The notes under the pieces: generated by a model | The model's input: only the letters and a program-made list of their open reading frames with translations | The model's database searches: none | Told to the model about the DNA's origin: nothing | Made by a program: the position numbers and the translations under genes | Assembly (NCBI GenBank): GCA_028715415.1 | Contig: JAQURX010000008.1 | Span: 2,495-66,494 of the forward strand | Direction: 5' to 3' | DNA from: Candidatus Omnitrophota bacterium | GTDB lineage: Bacteria > Omnitrophota > Gorgyraeia > Gygaellales > Profunditerraquicolaceae | Length of the DNA stretch: 64,000 bases | Shown here: positions 49,291 to 59,395 of the stretch, piece by piece | How positions within the stretch are numbered: the first letter of the stretch is position 1 | Layout of the letters: the number at the start of each line of letters is the position of its first letter

Positions 49291-50541
49291 CTAATCCGCC
49301 ATGGACAATTCTTTCCAATCCCTTTCATCATAGAGCCAGAAAATATTCTCTCTTTCAAGTATAGAAATCAGTTTTCGTATCCTCTTATCTATAATATCTT
49401 GGCTAACCTTATTATCCATAGACGAAGACAAGGTTTTGCAACCATCGAAATATGGAAAAATTAAAACTTCATCAAATCTTACCTTTTTAATCAGATTGAT
49501 TGTTTGATCAAAATCTTCTTCGCTTTCAGAAGGAAAGCCAACTATTATCTGAGTTTCAAGCCTTAAACTAGGATTGATTTCTTTTGATTCAATAAGAGTT
49601 TCAATTACTTTTTCTACATCAAAATATCGATTCATTAGCTTTAGAATTCTGCTGCTCCCTGATTGAACCGGGCAGATTATAAGGTTAATTTTTCTTGCTT
49701 TTATAAAAGCAAATAACTCAATCTTATACCTAATCAACCATTTAGGATCTAAATCAGACAGCCTCCAGCGTACTTTAACACCTTTCGATACAAAATCAAG
49801 ATAACTTAGCAAATCCGGTAATGAGCTTTTGATATCAAAACCATAAGCACCCAAATTATCCGCAATAATAATAAATTCCCTATAGCCTGCCTTAAGCAGA
49901 CTAACGTATTCATTTCTACAAACCTCTAAAGATTTACTTCTTAGTTGCCCAACAGCTCTTCGTATGCAACAATAAGCGCAATTTTCAATACAACCGTTAC
50001 TTATCCTAAGATAAGCTTTATTTCGCAAAAACTGCTCGCAAAACGAAGCAGTTTCTTTAATCAAAAAGTGCTTAATCTTCCTTAAGAAATTCAGCGATAA
50101 ACGGAAATGACTTAAGAAAATCTTAGGCAGCCGAAAAAATTGCTTTTTATAAATTAACTTATGCCTATTGATAAGTAAGTTTTGGTCGGGAATTTCATTA
50201 AATTTAGTCTTAAAAGTTGGGAATAAATTATCAATAAGACCCAAATCTTTTGTGCCAATAAAACGCCCTTTAAATTTATCCTTAAACTCTTCAAGTGCAA
50301 TATCTGGTAAACAGCCAAAAACCAACAATTCCGCCCTATAACGGCTAAGATCATCAATTATTTTGAAACACTCATCTTTTTTTAATTCTTTAAAGCTACA
50401 AGTCACAAAGATAATATAATCAGCGATCTTGCAATCTTTAACTATATTGCATTTATTAAAACGAAAATAATTTTCTATACGTGTAGAATCGAGCCCTCTT
50501 TTTTCACAAGCATTGCTAATTATATAGATATTATTTTTCAT
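49291..50541 (-). CDS. radical SAM protein with MiaB/MTTase-type N-terminal domain
   Basis: 416 aa. N-terminal IYIISNACEKRGLDSTRIENY resembles the UPF0004/MTTase N-domain. The core carries CxxxCxxC (ISNGCIENCAYCC). Confidence 0.65.
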   Translation of the reverse strand: MKNNIYIISNACEKRGLDSTRIENYFRFNKCNIVKDCKIADYIIFVTCSFKELKKDECFKIIDDLSRYRAELLVFGCLPDIALEEFKDKFKGRFIGTKDLGLIDNLFPTFKTKFNEIPDQNLLINRHKLIYKKQFFRLPKIFLSHFRLSLNFLRKIKHFLIKETASFCEQFLRNKAYLRISNGCIENCAYCCIRRAVGQLRSKSLEVCRNEYVSLLKAGYREFIIIADNLGAYGFDIKSSLPDLLSYLDFVSKGVKVRWRLSDLDPKWLIRYKIELFAFIKARKINLIICPVQSGSSRILKLMNRYFDVEKVIETLIESKEINPSLRLETQIIVGFPSESEEDFDQTINLIKKVRFDEVLIFPYFDGCKTLSSSMDNKVSQDIIDKRIRKLISILERENIFWLYDERDWKELSMAD

Positions 50542-50562
50542 CGAATTAACTTGTAATCTCGT

Positions 50563-52188
50563 TTATTTTGTTGGCATATTACACATATATTTAGCTAGAA
50601 AATCAGATACTAACAACACTCCCTTATTAGACCAATGCCCGTCTAGATTTAAATAACAGCCTGAGCAGTCCTTCAGCACTGGATACAAATCTATATAATC
50701 AATTTTGTCTTTTTTGCACAAATCAATCGTTCTTTCGGTAACCTCCCTGAAATGTTGGGAATATTCTTTCATATCTATTAAAGGAGCCCATAAATCTTGC
50801 AACCCCCTATCAACAGTAAAAGCTTCAGGTATAAAAACACAAACAAATTTTATATTTTTCTTAGCACAAAGCCCCTTTATGCGTTTTATCCATTTATAAG
50901 CATATTCTTCTGAAAGATATTGTTTATTATATTGGCCTTCCAATAAACATCTCGCAGCATACCATAGATAATCTTGACGAAATACATAAGAGCCATTATC
51001 ACCATGATTAATATTATTTAAAAACAACTCCAAATCTTTTTTGGAAAGTATCTTCTTAAGCTTCTCTCTTTCTTCACTGCTTACTGAATTTAACAACGAA
51101 TCCTCAATTAAGATTTTGTTGTTCGATTTAATCTTCTCAGTAAATGTAAGGTCATTTTTTAGTTTTTTATCTCCATCGGACTGATCCCAATTTCTAATTA
51201 ATGGACGCAATTTGTTTGTCAAAATATAATTAATTGATTTTAACCCTATTAGCGAGAAAAAAGAATCCTTGGGATAAACAGCAACAATCCCAAGGAAACC
51301 TAACAATGACTTTTCTTGGATAAAGTCGTTTCTCGCAAATATAAATACAAAACAAAAACTAGGCTTCAAAGATAACCCAATATTTTTAATCCTATAGAAA
51401 TACTCATCAGGACTAGTTGACGACAAGCCAAGGTTGATTACTTCAAATCTATATTTAGAAAGTTTATCCTCAACTAAAAGTGGCAAATTGATATCGTTTG
51501 ATACCTCAAGAAAAGAATCTCCTACAAAAATAGTCCGTTTTATATCTTTTTCAGCAACAATATTACGCTCTCTATCAATTAACCCCCACGAATTAAATTT
51601 AGCCTTAGGAGCATTGCAATAATTTATAGACTTGATATCGAGCCCTCGTAAACCACTAACTGGCCAATGAGGAACAAAGAAATATACCGAACACTCTAAT
51701 AGATACAAAGAAAGAAATACTATTAAAACAAACAATACTGTCCTAAATAATAAAAGCTTCTTCCCATAACTTAACAAATATTTGGACAATAAACATACTA
51801 GTATTATGAAATAAACTACTAAAAATACTGAAAAAGCCATTTCAGGGAAGAAATCTGTAAAATCAAAGAATAATACAAATAAACCTCCTGAAACAAATAT
51901 AACACTAAGTAAAGAAATAAAATAAAGACCGTAGCTAATAAAAATAAACGCCCTTGATTTAATATTACTTTTAAAAATAAATAAAGTCCCTAATATTAAA
52001 AAAATAACCCTTATTGAAAAAATAATATTATTAATTATTGGAATATCAATTCTTTTGTCTGAAGCTACAATATTTCCAATAAGATCCTGACTCAAGAATA
52101 ATGAGAATAATAATATAAGTACTCCTAAACACCTAATTACAGTTCTATTGCTCATATTCAAAGTTAATCTTAACTGGTTAATAATCAA
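50563..52188 (-). CDS. membrane-anchored SGNH/GDSL-like protein, putative polysaccharide O-acyltransferase/esterase (AlgX/DHHW-like DxHW motif)
   Basis: 541 aa. Four to five N-terminal TMs, then a soluble domain with Block-I-like TIFVGDSFLE and C-terminal YLNLDGHWSNKG (DxHW). Confidence 0.45.
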   Translation of the reverse strand: MIINQLRLTLNMSNRTVIRCLGVLILLFSLFLSQDLIGNIVASDKRIDIPIINNIIFSIRVIFLILGTLFIFKSNIKSRAFIFISYGLYFISLLSVIFVSGGLFVLFFDFTDFFPEMAFSVFLVVYFIILVCLLSKYLLSYGKKLLLFRTVLFVLIVFLSLYLLECSVYFFVPHWPVSGLRGLDIKSINYCNAPKAKFNSWGLIDRERNIVAEKDIKRTIFVGDSFLEVSNDINLPLLVEDKLSKYRFEVINLGLSSTSPDEYFYRIKNIGLSLKPSFCFVFIFARNDFIQEKSLLGFLGIVAVYPKDSFFSLIGLKSINYILTNKLRPLIRNWDQSDGDKKLKNDLTFTEKIKSNNKILIEDSLLNSVSSEEREKLKKILSKKDLELFLNNINHGDNGSYVFRQDYLWYAARCLLEGQYNKQYLSEEYAYKWIKRIKGLCAKKNIKFVCVFIPEAFTVDRGLQDLWAPLIDMKEYSQHFREVTERTIDLCKKDKIDYIDLYPVLKDCSGCYLNLDGHWSNKGVLLVSDFLAKYMCNMPTK

Positions 52189-52214
52189 TCCACGTTTATT
52201 ACTATGGGATGATC

Positions 52215-52970
52215 TTATTGCAGCTTTGCTTTCTTAACTTTTTTTAGGCTAGGACTAAATATTTCAAAAGCATAAGAAATTACTACCCCTGCAAACGCTG
52301 ATATAATAATAGCCAACATAATACTTTTAATTCTGTTAGGAAAAACCGGGCTATTTGGCACAACTGCTTTATCGAGAATGCGAATTCCTGAAATTATAGA
52401 CATCTTTTCCATACTCATTTCCTTGAGTTGTTCTATAGGCAGACTAAACGTAGGCTTATTATTTTGCTTCAACAATAATTTTCTTTCTACATCCTGAATG
52501 ATGTAGGCATCAACAATAGCATTAGCTATTAAAGCTGCCCTTTTAGGATTATTATCATAAACATGAACAAAAACTGCCCATGAATACCTTTCTTGTTCAA
52601 CGGAAACCTTACTTAAAAGTAACCCCACAGGATCTTTCGAATCCTTAAATTCTACATCGTTATCTAAATGCAACATATTAAAGACTTTCTCTGCTAGGAA
52701 ACGAGAACTTAATATCCTGCATTGTGTACGATAATAATCAACTCCAAGATCATTTGGAGCATAAAACATATCATTATCAGTGACGCTTTTAGGAGCCATA
52801 TTTTCTAAAATTAAGCTAGCCGTAACTGCATACATAGGCTTAATTTTATTAATACGAACCGCCTCAAAGATTGAAACTGCAGCAACAAATACCAAAATTA
52901 GAACCATCCTTTTCTTTACCACCAACAAAATGTCATTCATAGTTATAATCTCCTTATTATCATTACCCAT
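52215..52970 (-). CDS. Wzz-like polysaccharide chain-length determinant (short PCP form)
   Basis: 251 aa. N-terminal TM with the Wzz signature region. Pro-rich ...VVPNSPVFPNRIK sits before the C-terminal TM. Confidence 0.55.
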   Translation of the reverse strand: MGNDNKEIITMNDILLVVKKRMVLILVFVAAVSIFEAVRINKIKPMYAVTASLILENMAPKSVTDNDMFYAPNDLGVDYYRTQCRILSSRFLAEKVFNMLHLDNDVEFKDSKDPVGLLLSKVSVEQERYSWAVFVHVYDNNPKRAALIANAIVDAYIIQDVERKLLLKQNNKPTFSLPIEQLKEMSMEKMSIISGIRILDKAVVPNSPVFPNRIKSIMLAIIISAFAGVVISYAFEIFSPSLKKVKKAKLQ

Positions 52971-53001
52971 TATATTTAATTCCTCTGATTATAATTGCGC
53001 C

Positions 53002-54078
53002 TTAAGCATTTTTTAATAATAACCTAAGATCCTCCTCCAAGCAATTTTCTTGTTGGTTTAAAAAATCTTCCGAGTTGAAATTAAACTTTTTTGGTAAACA
53101 TAGGAAAGTATTCTTTAAATCTTCTTTGCTTCCATTTTTAAAAATAAACCCGTACTTAACCTTTTCATAAATCTCATTAAAATATGGCAAATCAGAAGAA
53201 ATTACAGGTTTATTATAATAAAATGCCAGGTTAAGAATTGCGCTTTGGTAAATTTTTTCATATGGCAACAAGACATAATCGGCGTTATTAAACAAGTACC
53301 CAAGCTCATCGTTATTTATGTACCTTATAATTAGAGATAAATCAACATTATTAGAAATCATATTTTCAATTGGAACAAAAGCTTTGTTGATATTTTGTCC
53401 GGCGATAATTAATTTTAGCCTATTTAGTTCATGTGGATTAAGTTCGTTTAACGCATTAATAACCAAATCTAATCCTTTCGATTTCTTAATGCCTCCAAAA
53501 AAAAGTAAATTAATCTTTGAGTGATTAACACTATCCCTTACTTCAGGAGCAATATTAGCATCATCAAAAGATTTATCGAAAGAATATGCAGGCCAAGGAA
53601 TAATAAAAATTCTCCCTCTGAAACCAAGACTATATAATTCATCTCTTGCGCTTTTTGAGAAAACAATGATATTTCGTATGAAATATTTATAAAAGATTCG
53701 CTGCAGCAGACTTAAACCATCCATCGTATTTAGCGACTGGACATCATTGACTAAAACAAAAAAATTACCTAATAAAGAAAATGGTAAATTAAAAATAATG
53801 TCTACAAATCTTAAGCCAAAACAAGAATAGACAAAAATGCTTTTTTGATGGCAAAATATAAATTTTAAATAATTTAAATAAGAAATAACAAAAAATAATA
53901 TTTTCTTAGCAAAACTTATGTTCTTGTAGAAATTATAAAAGACTTTGCTGCAATTCTTACTACTAAAATTAGAAATAATCCCACATTTGATACCATTAGA
54001 TACAAAGAGTTTAACTAAATTCTCATCAAATGATTCTAAACCTGATTTCTCCCCAACTGTATCAATGAAATAAACCAT
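53002..54078 (-). CDS. glycosyltransferase (GT4-like, divergent)
   Basis: 358 aa. C-terminal half is GT-B-like (LLFFGGIKKSKGLD...). Weak. Confidence 0.45.
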   Translation of the reverse strand: MVYFIDTVGEKSGLESFDENLVKLFVSNGIKCGIISNFSSKNCSKVFYNFYKNISFAKKILFFVISYLNYLKFIFCHQKSIFVYSCFGLRFVDIIFNLPFSLLGNFFVLVNDVQSLNTMDGLSLLQRIFYKYFIRNIIVFSKSARDELYSLGFRGRIFIIPWPAYSFDKSFDDANIAPEVRDSVNHSKINLLFFGGIKKSKGLDLVINALNELNPHELNRLKLIIAGQNINKAFVPIENMISNNVDLSLIIRYINNDELGYLFNNADYVLLPYEKIYQSAILNLAFYYNKPVISSDLPYFNEIYEKVKYGFIFKNGSKEDLKNTFLCLPKKFNFNSEDFLNQQENCLEEDLRLLLKNA

Positions 54079-54088
54079 TTAAGCGCCT

Positions 54089-55381
54089 TTAGCTTGCCCT
54101 AAATTCTCCAACACTAATTATGTTAGCAACTACAGAGAGAACAATAGTTATAACTGATTCAGAAAAGAATCCGATCAAGAAAAAACCAAAAACAAACCCA
54201 AAAGCAACAAATCTGTTCTTAATAAACAACTCTTTACTTAAAAGAAAAATAATCCATAGATACAACAAGAAAAACAAAAATCCGAATTGATAGAACATAA
54301 TTCCGATAAAACTTTCATTACCGTTAGAAGTAGAAAGGCTACTTAAAACCTTATCAAAGGTATTATTGAATAAGGCGATATTCCCATCATTTACTGCTTG
54401 AGAGTAAATAAGATAGCCGGCAGTTCCTGTCCCATGCCCCAGAAAAGGATGAACAAAACCATTAATAGCACCTAAAACAAGGCCTGAATAATGGCAACCC
54501 AAGCTTCCATAGGTAGTATCTACATGCGAGAAATCTGAATGGTCAAATATAACAAATAAACAGACAAACAAAACAAGGATAAGGAAAAAATAGAAAAATA
54601 AGACTTTCCTCTTTGCAAAAATACTAATTAAAAATAAACCTATTAATATAACTGCGCTTTTAACAAAAGACAAACATAAAGATAGGAAAATAATAATTTT
54701 ATTACTCCTGCTTAACGGCACTAGAAAAGAAATTATTAATAACTCAGCCGAGAAAAGACCCAATGTTAATGGGCTAAAGAAAAACGAACCCGAGCGAAAA
54801 AACTTGATTCCAAAATCTTCGATTAAATAGGAAGATCCATCCAAACCTACGGGAACAAAGAGTTTAAATTTCTCTAAAAATTTCATTTTAAAATCTACGG
54901 GGATAATTTGCTCAAAGATTGCAAAAATAATTAAAGGGATACCGATATTCAAAATAAAACCATAAATTTTCTTAAAATCGAGTGGCAGCGTTAACAAAAT
55001 TAAGATTGTCAAAAGTGGCATTAAAAACTGTGCATACGAAATCAATACATATCTCTTCTCGACAAACAAGGGTAGGTTAAAATAAGTCCTAAATGTTATA
55101 ACGGAAAGAAAGAAAATTAAAATAATTACCGGGAATATTAAAAAACTAATTTTCATTTCATAGGCGATCTTTAGAATTATATGAATTATTGAAATAAAAA
55201 AGAGGGATAGAAAAAATGTGATAATCACTGCTTTAAGAATAAAATTTGGAAAAAACAAGGAGATGAGATTTTTATAGACTAGCAAAAAAACTAGGAAATT
55301 GACCAACAATGTATATATGTAAATGGATTTTTGAGGCTCTGGAAGCGACTTAATCAATGTATTTATGCTATTATTCATCAA
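54089..55381 (-). CDS. second Wzy/O-antigen-polymerase-like polytopic membrane protein
   Basis: 430 aa. At least 10 TMs, a large loop with GxGTG and H-rich segments, no soluble domains. Confidence 0.45.
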   Translation of the reverse strand: MMNNSINTLIKSLPEPQKSIYIYTLLVNFLVFLLVYKNLISLFFPNFILKAVIITFFLSLFFISIIHIILKIAYEMKISFLIFPVIILIFFLSVITFRTYFNLPLFVEKRYVLISYAQFLMPLLTILILLTLPLDFKKIYGFILNIGIPLIIFAIFEQIIPVDFKMKFLEKFKLFVPVGLDGSSYLIEDFGIKFFRSGSFFFSPLTLGLFSAELLIISFLVPLSRSNKIIIFLSLCLSFVKSAVILIGLFLISIFAKRKVLFFYFFLILVLFVCLFVIFDHSDFSHVDTTYGSLGCHYSGLVLGAINGFVHPFLGHGTGTAGYLIYSQAVNDGNIALFNNTFDKVLSSLSTSNGNESFIGIMFYQFGFLFFLLYLWIIFLLSKELFIKNRFVAFGFVFGFFLIGFFSESVITIVLSVVANIISVGEFRAS

Positions 55382-55473
55382 AAGCCAGTTAATCTCGAGG
55401 AATACTTTTCAGACTTGAAATCAATAACAACCATCTCTAACTTGTTAACTTAAAATAATCTTGCAAGAATCGT

Positions 55474-56586
55474 TTAAAGAAAGCTATAAAACAATTCTTC
55501 ATAACTATTAGCAACATCACCCCAATTATAATACCTCTCTACCCGTTCTCTCGCTAACAAACGATATCTATCAGCAACCTCTGGGCTTTTCAGTAAGAAT
55601 TCAATCTTGTTCTTTAAATCAATAATATTATTTTGTTCAAACCAAATACCAGCATCTCCAATTACTTCTATATTAAAATTTACACCATTTACTAAAACAC
55701 AATTTCCGCATGCCATCGCTTGCAATAATGCCGGATTAGTCCCCCCCACTTCATTTCCATGAATGTATAAATAGCTATTGCTCAACAAAACATTACACTC
55801 ATTTTTAGAAATCCTACCAAGAAACTTTATCCTACTATCTCGAGTGTTGTGTAATTGCGAAATGTATTTTTTAGCATAAGGCGCATCTCCTGCAATAACT
55901 AAAGGAATTTCAGTATTAACTTTTTCATAAGCTTTAATTACAATATGAGCATTATTTTCTGGCTCAAGCCTACTTACATAAAGCATATAACGCTTCCCAA
56001 TTAACCCAAACTTATTTAATAACCCATCATCATCCTCAAAATTAATGCGTTTGTTTGCTCCATAAGAGATATAGTTAGTATTTATATTAAATTTCCCTTT
56101 ATAATATGCTTTTAGCACTTTTGAATCTGTAACAACAGCATTAGAAAATTGAATGGACAAAAGTTCCGAAACCTTGTAAGCAAAACGTCCAAAAAATCCC
56201 CACTTTTTCCTTTTCCATTCTAACCCACCGACATTAATTATGCATTTTTTCCCAAAAATCCTAGGCATGGCCATAAATATACTATTAATTGAATTACAAA
56301 AAAACATAATATCAGCCTTAGTGAAGATTGCGTGAAAGACTGAAAAAAAAGTATGCACCACAGTATCTAAATACTTGTGCCTAATCGTTGGCAAAACGAT
56401 AACCTTTACGCCCTCATAAAAAAAAGTATCAAATTTATTTAAACCTTTTCTCGCATAAACAGTAACCGAATGACCATTTTTTACTAAACGCTTACTAAGT
56501 TCTTCAACAAACGTTTCGAATCCGCCATAATTTGCAGGGATTCCTCTAGTTCCCAAAATAACAATACGCATTTTTTTTCTCATCAT
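55474..56586 (-). CDS. glycosyltransferase, GT4 family with DUF1972-type N-terminus
   Basis: 370 aa. MRIVILGTRGIPANYGGFETFVEEL is the DUF1972 signature. GT-B C-terminal domain. Confidence 0.75.
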   Translation of the reverse strand: MMRKKMRIVILGTRGIPANYGGFETFVEELSKRLVKNGHSVTVYARKGLNKFDTFFYEGVKVIVLPTIRHKYLDTVVHTFFSVFHAIFTKADIMFFCNSINSIFMAMPRIFGKKCIINVGGLEWKRKKWGFFGRFAYKVSELLSIQFSNAVVTDSKVLKAYYKGKFNINTNYISYGANKRINFEDDDGLLNKFGLIGKRYMLYVSRLEPENNAHIVIKAYEKVNTEIPLVIAGDAPYAKKYISQLHNTRDSRIKFLGRISKNECNVLLSNSYLYIHGNEVGGTNPALLQAMACGNCVLVNGVNFNIEVIGDAGIWFEQNNIIDLKNKIEFLLKSPEVADRYRLLARERVERYYNWGDVANSYEELFYSFL

Positions 56587-56614
56587 CCAAATTAACAGTT
56601 AGAACAAAAATTAT

Positions 56615-57703
56615 TTAAAAAAACATTTTAAGTAAATTTCCAAAATAACGATAGAATGAAGGCTTCTTTAATATTTCAATAATCAATCTTCCATGGCTTT
56701 CAAAATCACCCTTTTTCTCAATAATTGATTTTTCCTTTTTAAGAAGCGAAAAAATACCCTCTAACTCTTTTGGTTTTAAATTGGCATAAATTTCTTTTAC
56801 CTTAAGACCAACTTTAATCTCAAAAGCTAATTCCTTCTTCCATAACGAATCATAATCGCTAAGATGATTCTCCTTTATACAAGACGCAAGAATTGAGGCG
56901 GTTTTTAAACCAAAATAAATCCCCCCGTAACTTAATGGTTTTAACTGACAAGCAGCCCCGCCTACAAGCGCAATATTGCCGTTTACAGTATTCTTGCAAA
57001 CCCCGATAGTAACTACCCCTCCAAACCTGCCTAAGACCTCTCCTTTTATCTTCTCTTCTTTCAAAAACTTCTGTAGTTCTTGATAGGGCTTTTCTGAAAT
57101 AGTGCCCACTCGCACTATGTCTTCCGCCTCCGGAACAACCCAAAAAAAAGAATGATTCCTTAAATAAACCTCAACCATATCTTTGAATCTTGGCTTAAGC
57201 CGCATTCGAAATTGTATACCACGATGATAACTTATATTAGAATCTTGATTAAGTAGCTTCCTTAAAGCAGAATTAGCTCCATCAGCCCCAATCAATATAT
57301 CAGCAAATAATTCATTCTTATCTGTTTCAACAACATAACCCGAATCAATCTTTTCAAACCCAAGAAATAAATTCTGATATAAGATATTAAGCCCATGGCT
57401 TAAATCCTTATCAAACCTCTCACGGTCAATTACATAGGCGACTTTCTCCCTTTGTATAGAGAAACTCTGACCGTCATAATGTATAACAGCTCCGTTAATT
57501 GTATTAATTATTGATGAACGAGAAAGGAGGAATGGCCGCTTTTCATTAAAAACATTGCTGCCAACAAGACCAGTGCAATGAATCGGTTTGCCGACTTCGT
57601 TATGCTCTTCAACAAGTAAAACATCACAACCGTAAGTCTTTAAGATCTGGGCAGTATAGCAACCAATAGGGCCTGCCCCAATAATAACAATTTTTTTTGA
57701 CAT
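56615..57703 (-). CDS. FAD-dependent oxidoreductase, geranylgeranyl-reductase-like family
   Basis: 362 aa. IVIIGAGPIGCYTAQIL..GCDVLLVEE..GKPIHCTGLV is the GGR/ChlP-like FAD-binding N-terminus. Confidence 0.7.
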   Translation of the reverse strand: MSKKIVIIGAGPIGCYTAQILKTYGCDVLLVEEHNEVGKPIHCTGLVGSNVFNEKRPFLLSRSSIINTINGAVIHYDGQSFSIQREKVAYVIDRERFDKDLSHGLNILYQNLFLGFEKIDSGYVVETDKNELFADILIGADGANSALRKLLNQDSNISYHRGIQFRMRLKPRFKDMVEVYLRNHSFFWVVPEAEDIVRVGTISEKPYQELQKFLKEEKIKGEVLGRFGGVVTIGVCKNTVNGNIALVGGAACQLKPLSYGGIYFGLKTASILASCIKENHLSDYDSLWKKELAFEIKVGLKVKEIYANLKPKELEGIFSLLKKEKSIIEKKGDFESHGRLIIEILKKPSFYRYFGNLLKMFF

Positions 57704-57710
57704 AATAAAG

Positions 57711-59360
57711 TTACGGCTGGTATTTTAAGACTTCAACAATCTGCTTCAAATAATTCGCTGCTTCCTTATATTCTGTAGGATTCAACTCATTAACAATCTT
57801 AAACTCCTTATATGCTTCTTCAATGCGCTTTATTTCAAAATACGATATCCCTAAGTTATAATGCGCATTTACATAACTATCATCAATTCCAATTGCTTCT
57901 TTATATTTATTAATTGCGAGCGAAAATTGCCCTTTAGCCCAAAAAGCACATCCTAAATTATTATATGCAAAGATAAAATCAGAGTTAATCCTGATAGCTC
58001 GCTCAAACTGCGCAATCGCTTTGTCCACTTCTCCTTTTAGTAAATAAGCGTAACCTAGATTATAATAGAACTCCGCTTTCGGGACTAATACTCTTGACAA
58101 AGCCATCTCTCCCACTCTTATTGCATCATCTATCCTTCCTGAATTTATATAAATAAACATTGAATTAATTAACGCCACTTCATCCTGAATATTAGACTCT
58201 ATCGCTCTATCCGCCCTATTTAAAGCTTCCTGCTTATTATCCTGCCAATAATAACCTAAGCCCTGACCACTATAAGATTTACTGTCGGAAGGGGAAATTC
58301 TCACTGCTTCATCAAAATTCTGCACAGCCTCAGGGTATTTCTTTTCTTTGAGCAAATTAAACCCTTTCAAACGGTACTCTTTAGCCATAACAGGCCTGAC
58401 TTCCTTAACAACATGCTGAACAATATTTGCGGAAGGATATTGTTGGCTTAATTCATTAAAATAGACAAGCGCAGAATCTTTATCATTAAGATAATAAAAA
58501 GAAATATACCCTGCCTCATAAAGAGCTGTTGCGGCAAGATCGAATTGAGGATATTGAGCGCCAACAGAAGCATACTCATCTCTTGCTTTCTGATAATCAC
58601 CTTTTTTAAACCAAATGTCAGCTAATTCGTATTTACTATAAATCCCTATCTTTTCACCATAATATTGCTCAATAACTTTTTTGAAATAAATAGCGGCCTT
58701 TTCGTATTCTTTATTAGCCTTATAAGCAGAAGCCAAACTAAATAAAGCCTTAGCTGCAGCAGCACTCTTAGGATTAAGGTCAACCACCTGCAAAAATACA
58801 ACCTGAGCTTGTTCAATATCTCCTGACTCAACAAGCAAAGTTCCTAAATCGCAATATAATTCCTGAAGCTTATCTTTATCTTTTGTTGATTTAATCTTTT
58901 CAGTCAACGACCTTGCCTTGCTCTCTAAATCTTTTTGAGGGATATTCGTCACAGGAGCAAATAAACGCGTATTAAAATTATCTAATATAGATAGAATAGC
59001 TCCTCGTTCTTTTTCTTTTATGTCAATTACAGACTTTACATAAAATTTAATATCTTTGATTTGATCGTCACTCTTAACATTAGAGATTATATTATTAATC
59101 ATATCTAATGCGGCCATAGCTTTATTGGAAGTTGCTGTTTTGGAAAGAGCAACCAATAGTGGAGCTTTAAGGAGAGGTTTAATTTTCTCGAGATCCTCTA
59201 TTGTTTTAGCTTCATTAAGTTTTACTAGGGCGATTTGAAGATTGATTAACGAACGGTCAACTAGGAAGGTATTGTAGATAAAGAAAAATGAAACAACTAA
59301 AAGTACTAAAACAATAACTATGATATTTTTTCTAAGAAATAAAAAAAATCCTTGAGGCAT
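57711..59360 (-). CDS. TPR repeat membrane-anchored protein
   Basis: 549 aa. N-terminal TM and many TPR units (e.g. AIYFKKVIEQYYGE, AIAQFERAIRINSDF). Confidence 0.65.
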   Translation of the reverse strand: MPQGFFLFLRKNIIVIVLVLLVVSFFFIYNTFLVDRSLINLQIALVKLNEAKTIEDLEKIKPLLKAPLLVALSKTATSNKAMAALDMINNIISNVKSDDQIKDIKFYVKSVIDIKEKERGAILSILDNFNTRLFAPVTNIPQKDLESKARSLTEKIKSTKDKDKLQELYCDLGTLLVESGDIEQAQVVFLQVVDLNPKSAAAAKALFSLASAYKANKEYEKAAIYFKKVIEQYYGEKIGIYSKYELADIWFKKGDYQKARDEYASVGAQYPQFDLAATALYEAGYISFYYLNDKDSALVYFNELSQQYPSANIVQHVVKEVRPVMAKEYRLKGFNLLKEKKYPEAVQNFDEAVRISPSDSKSYSGQGLGYYWQDNKQEALNRADRAIESNIQDEVALINSMFIYINSGRIDDAIRVGEMALSRVLVPKAEFYYNLGYAYLLKGEVDKAIAQFERAIRINSDFIFAYNNLGCAFWAKGQFSLAINKYKEAIGIDDSYVNAHYNLGISYFEIKRIEEAYKEFKIVNELNPTEYKEAANYLKQIVEVLKYQP

Positions 59361-59395
59361 AAATTAGGAATATATCGACAGTTTGTAGGTTAAAC

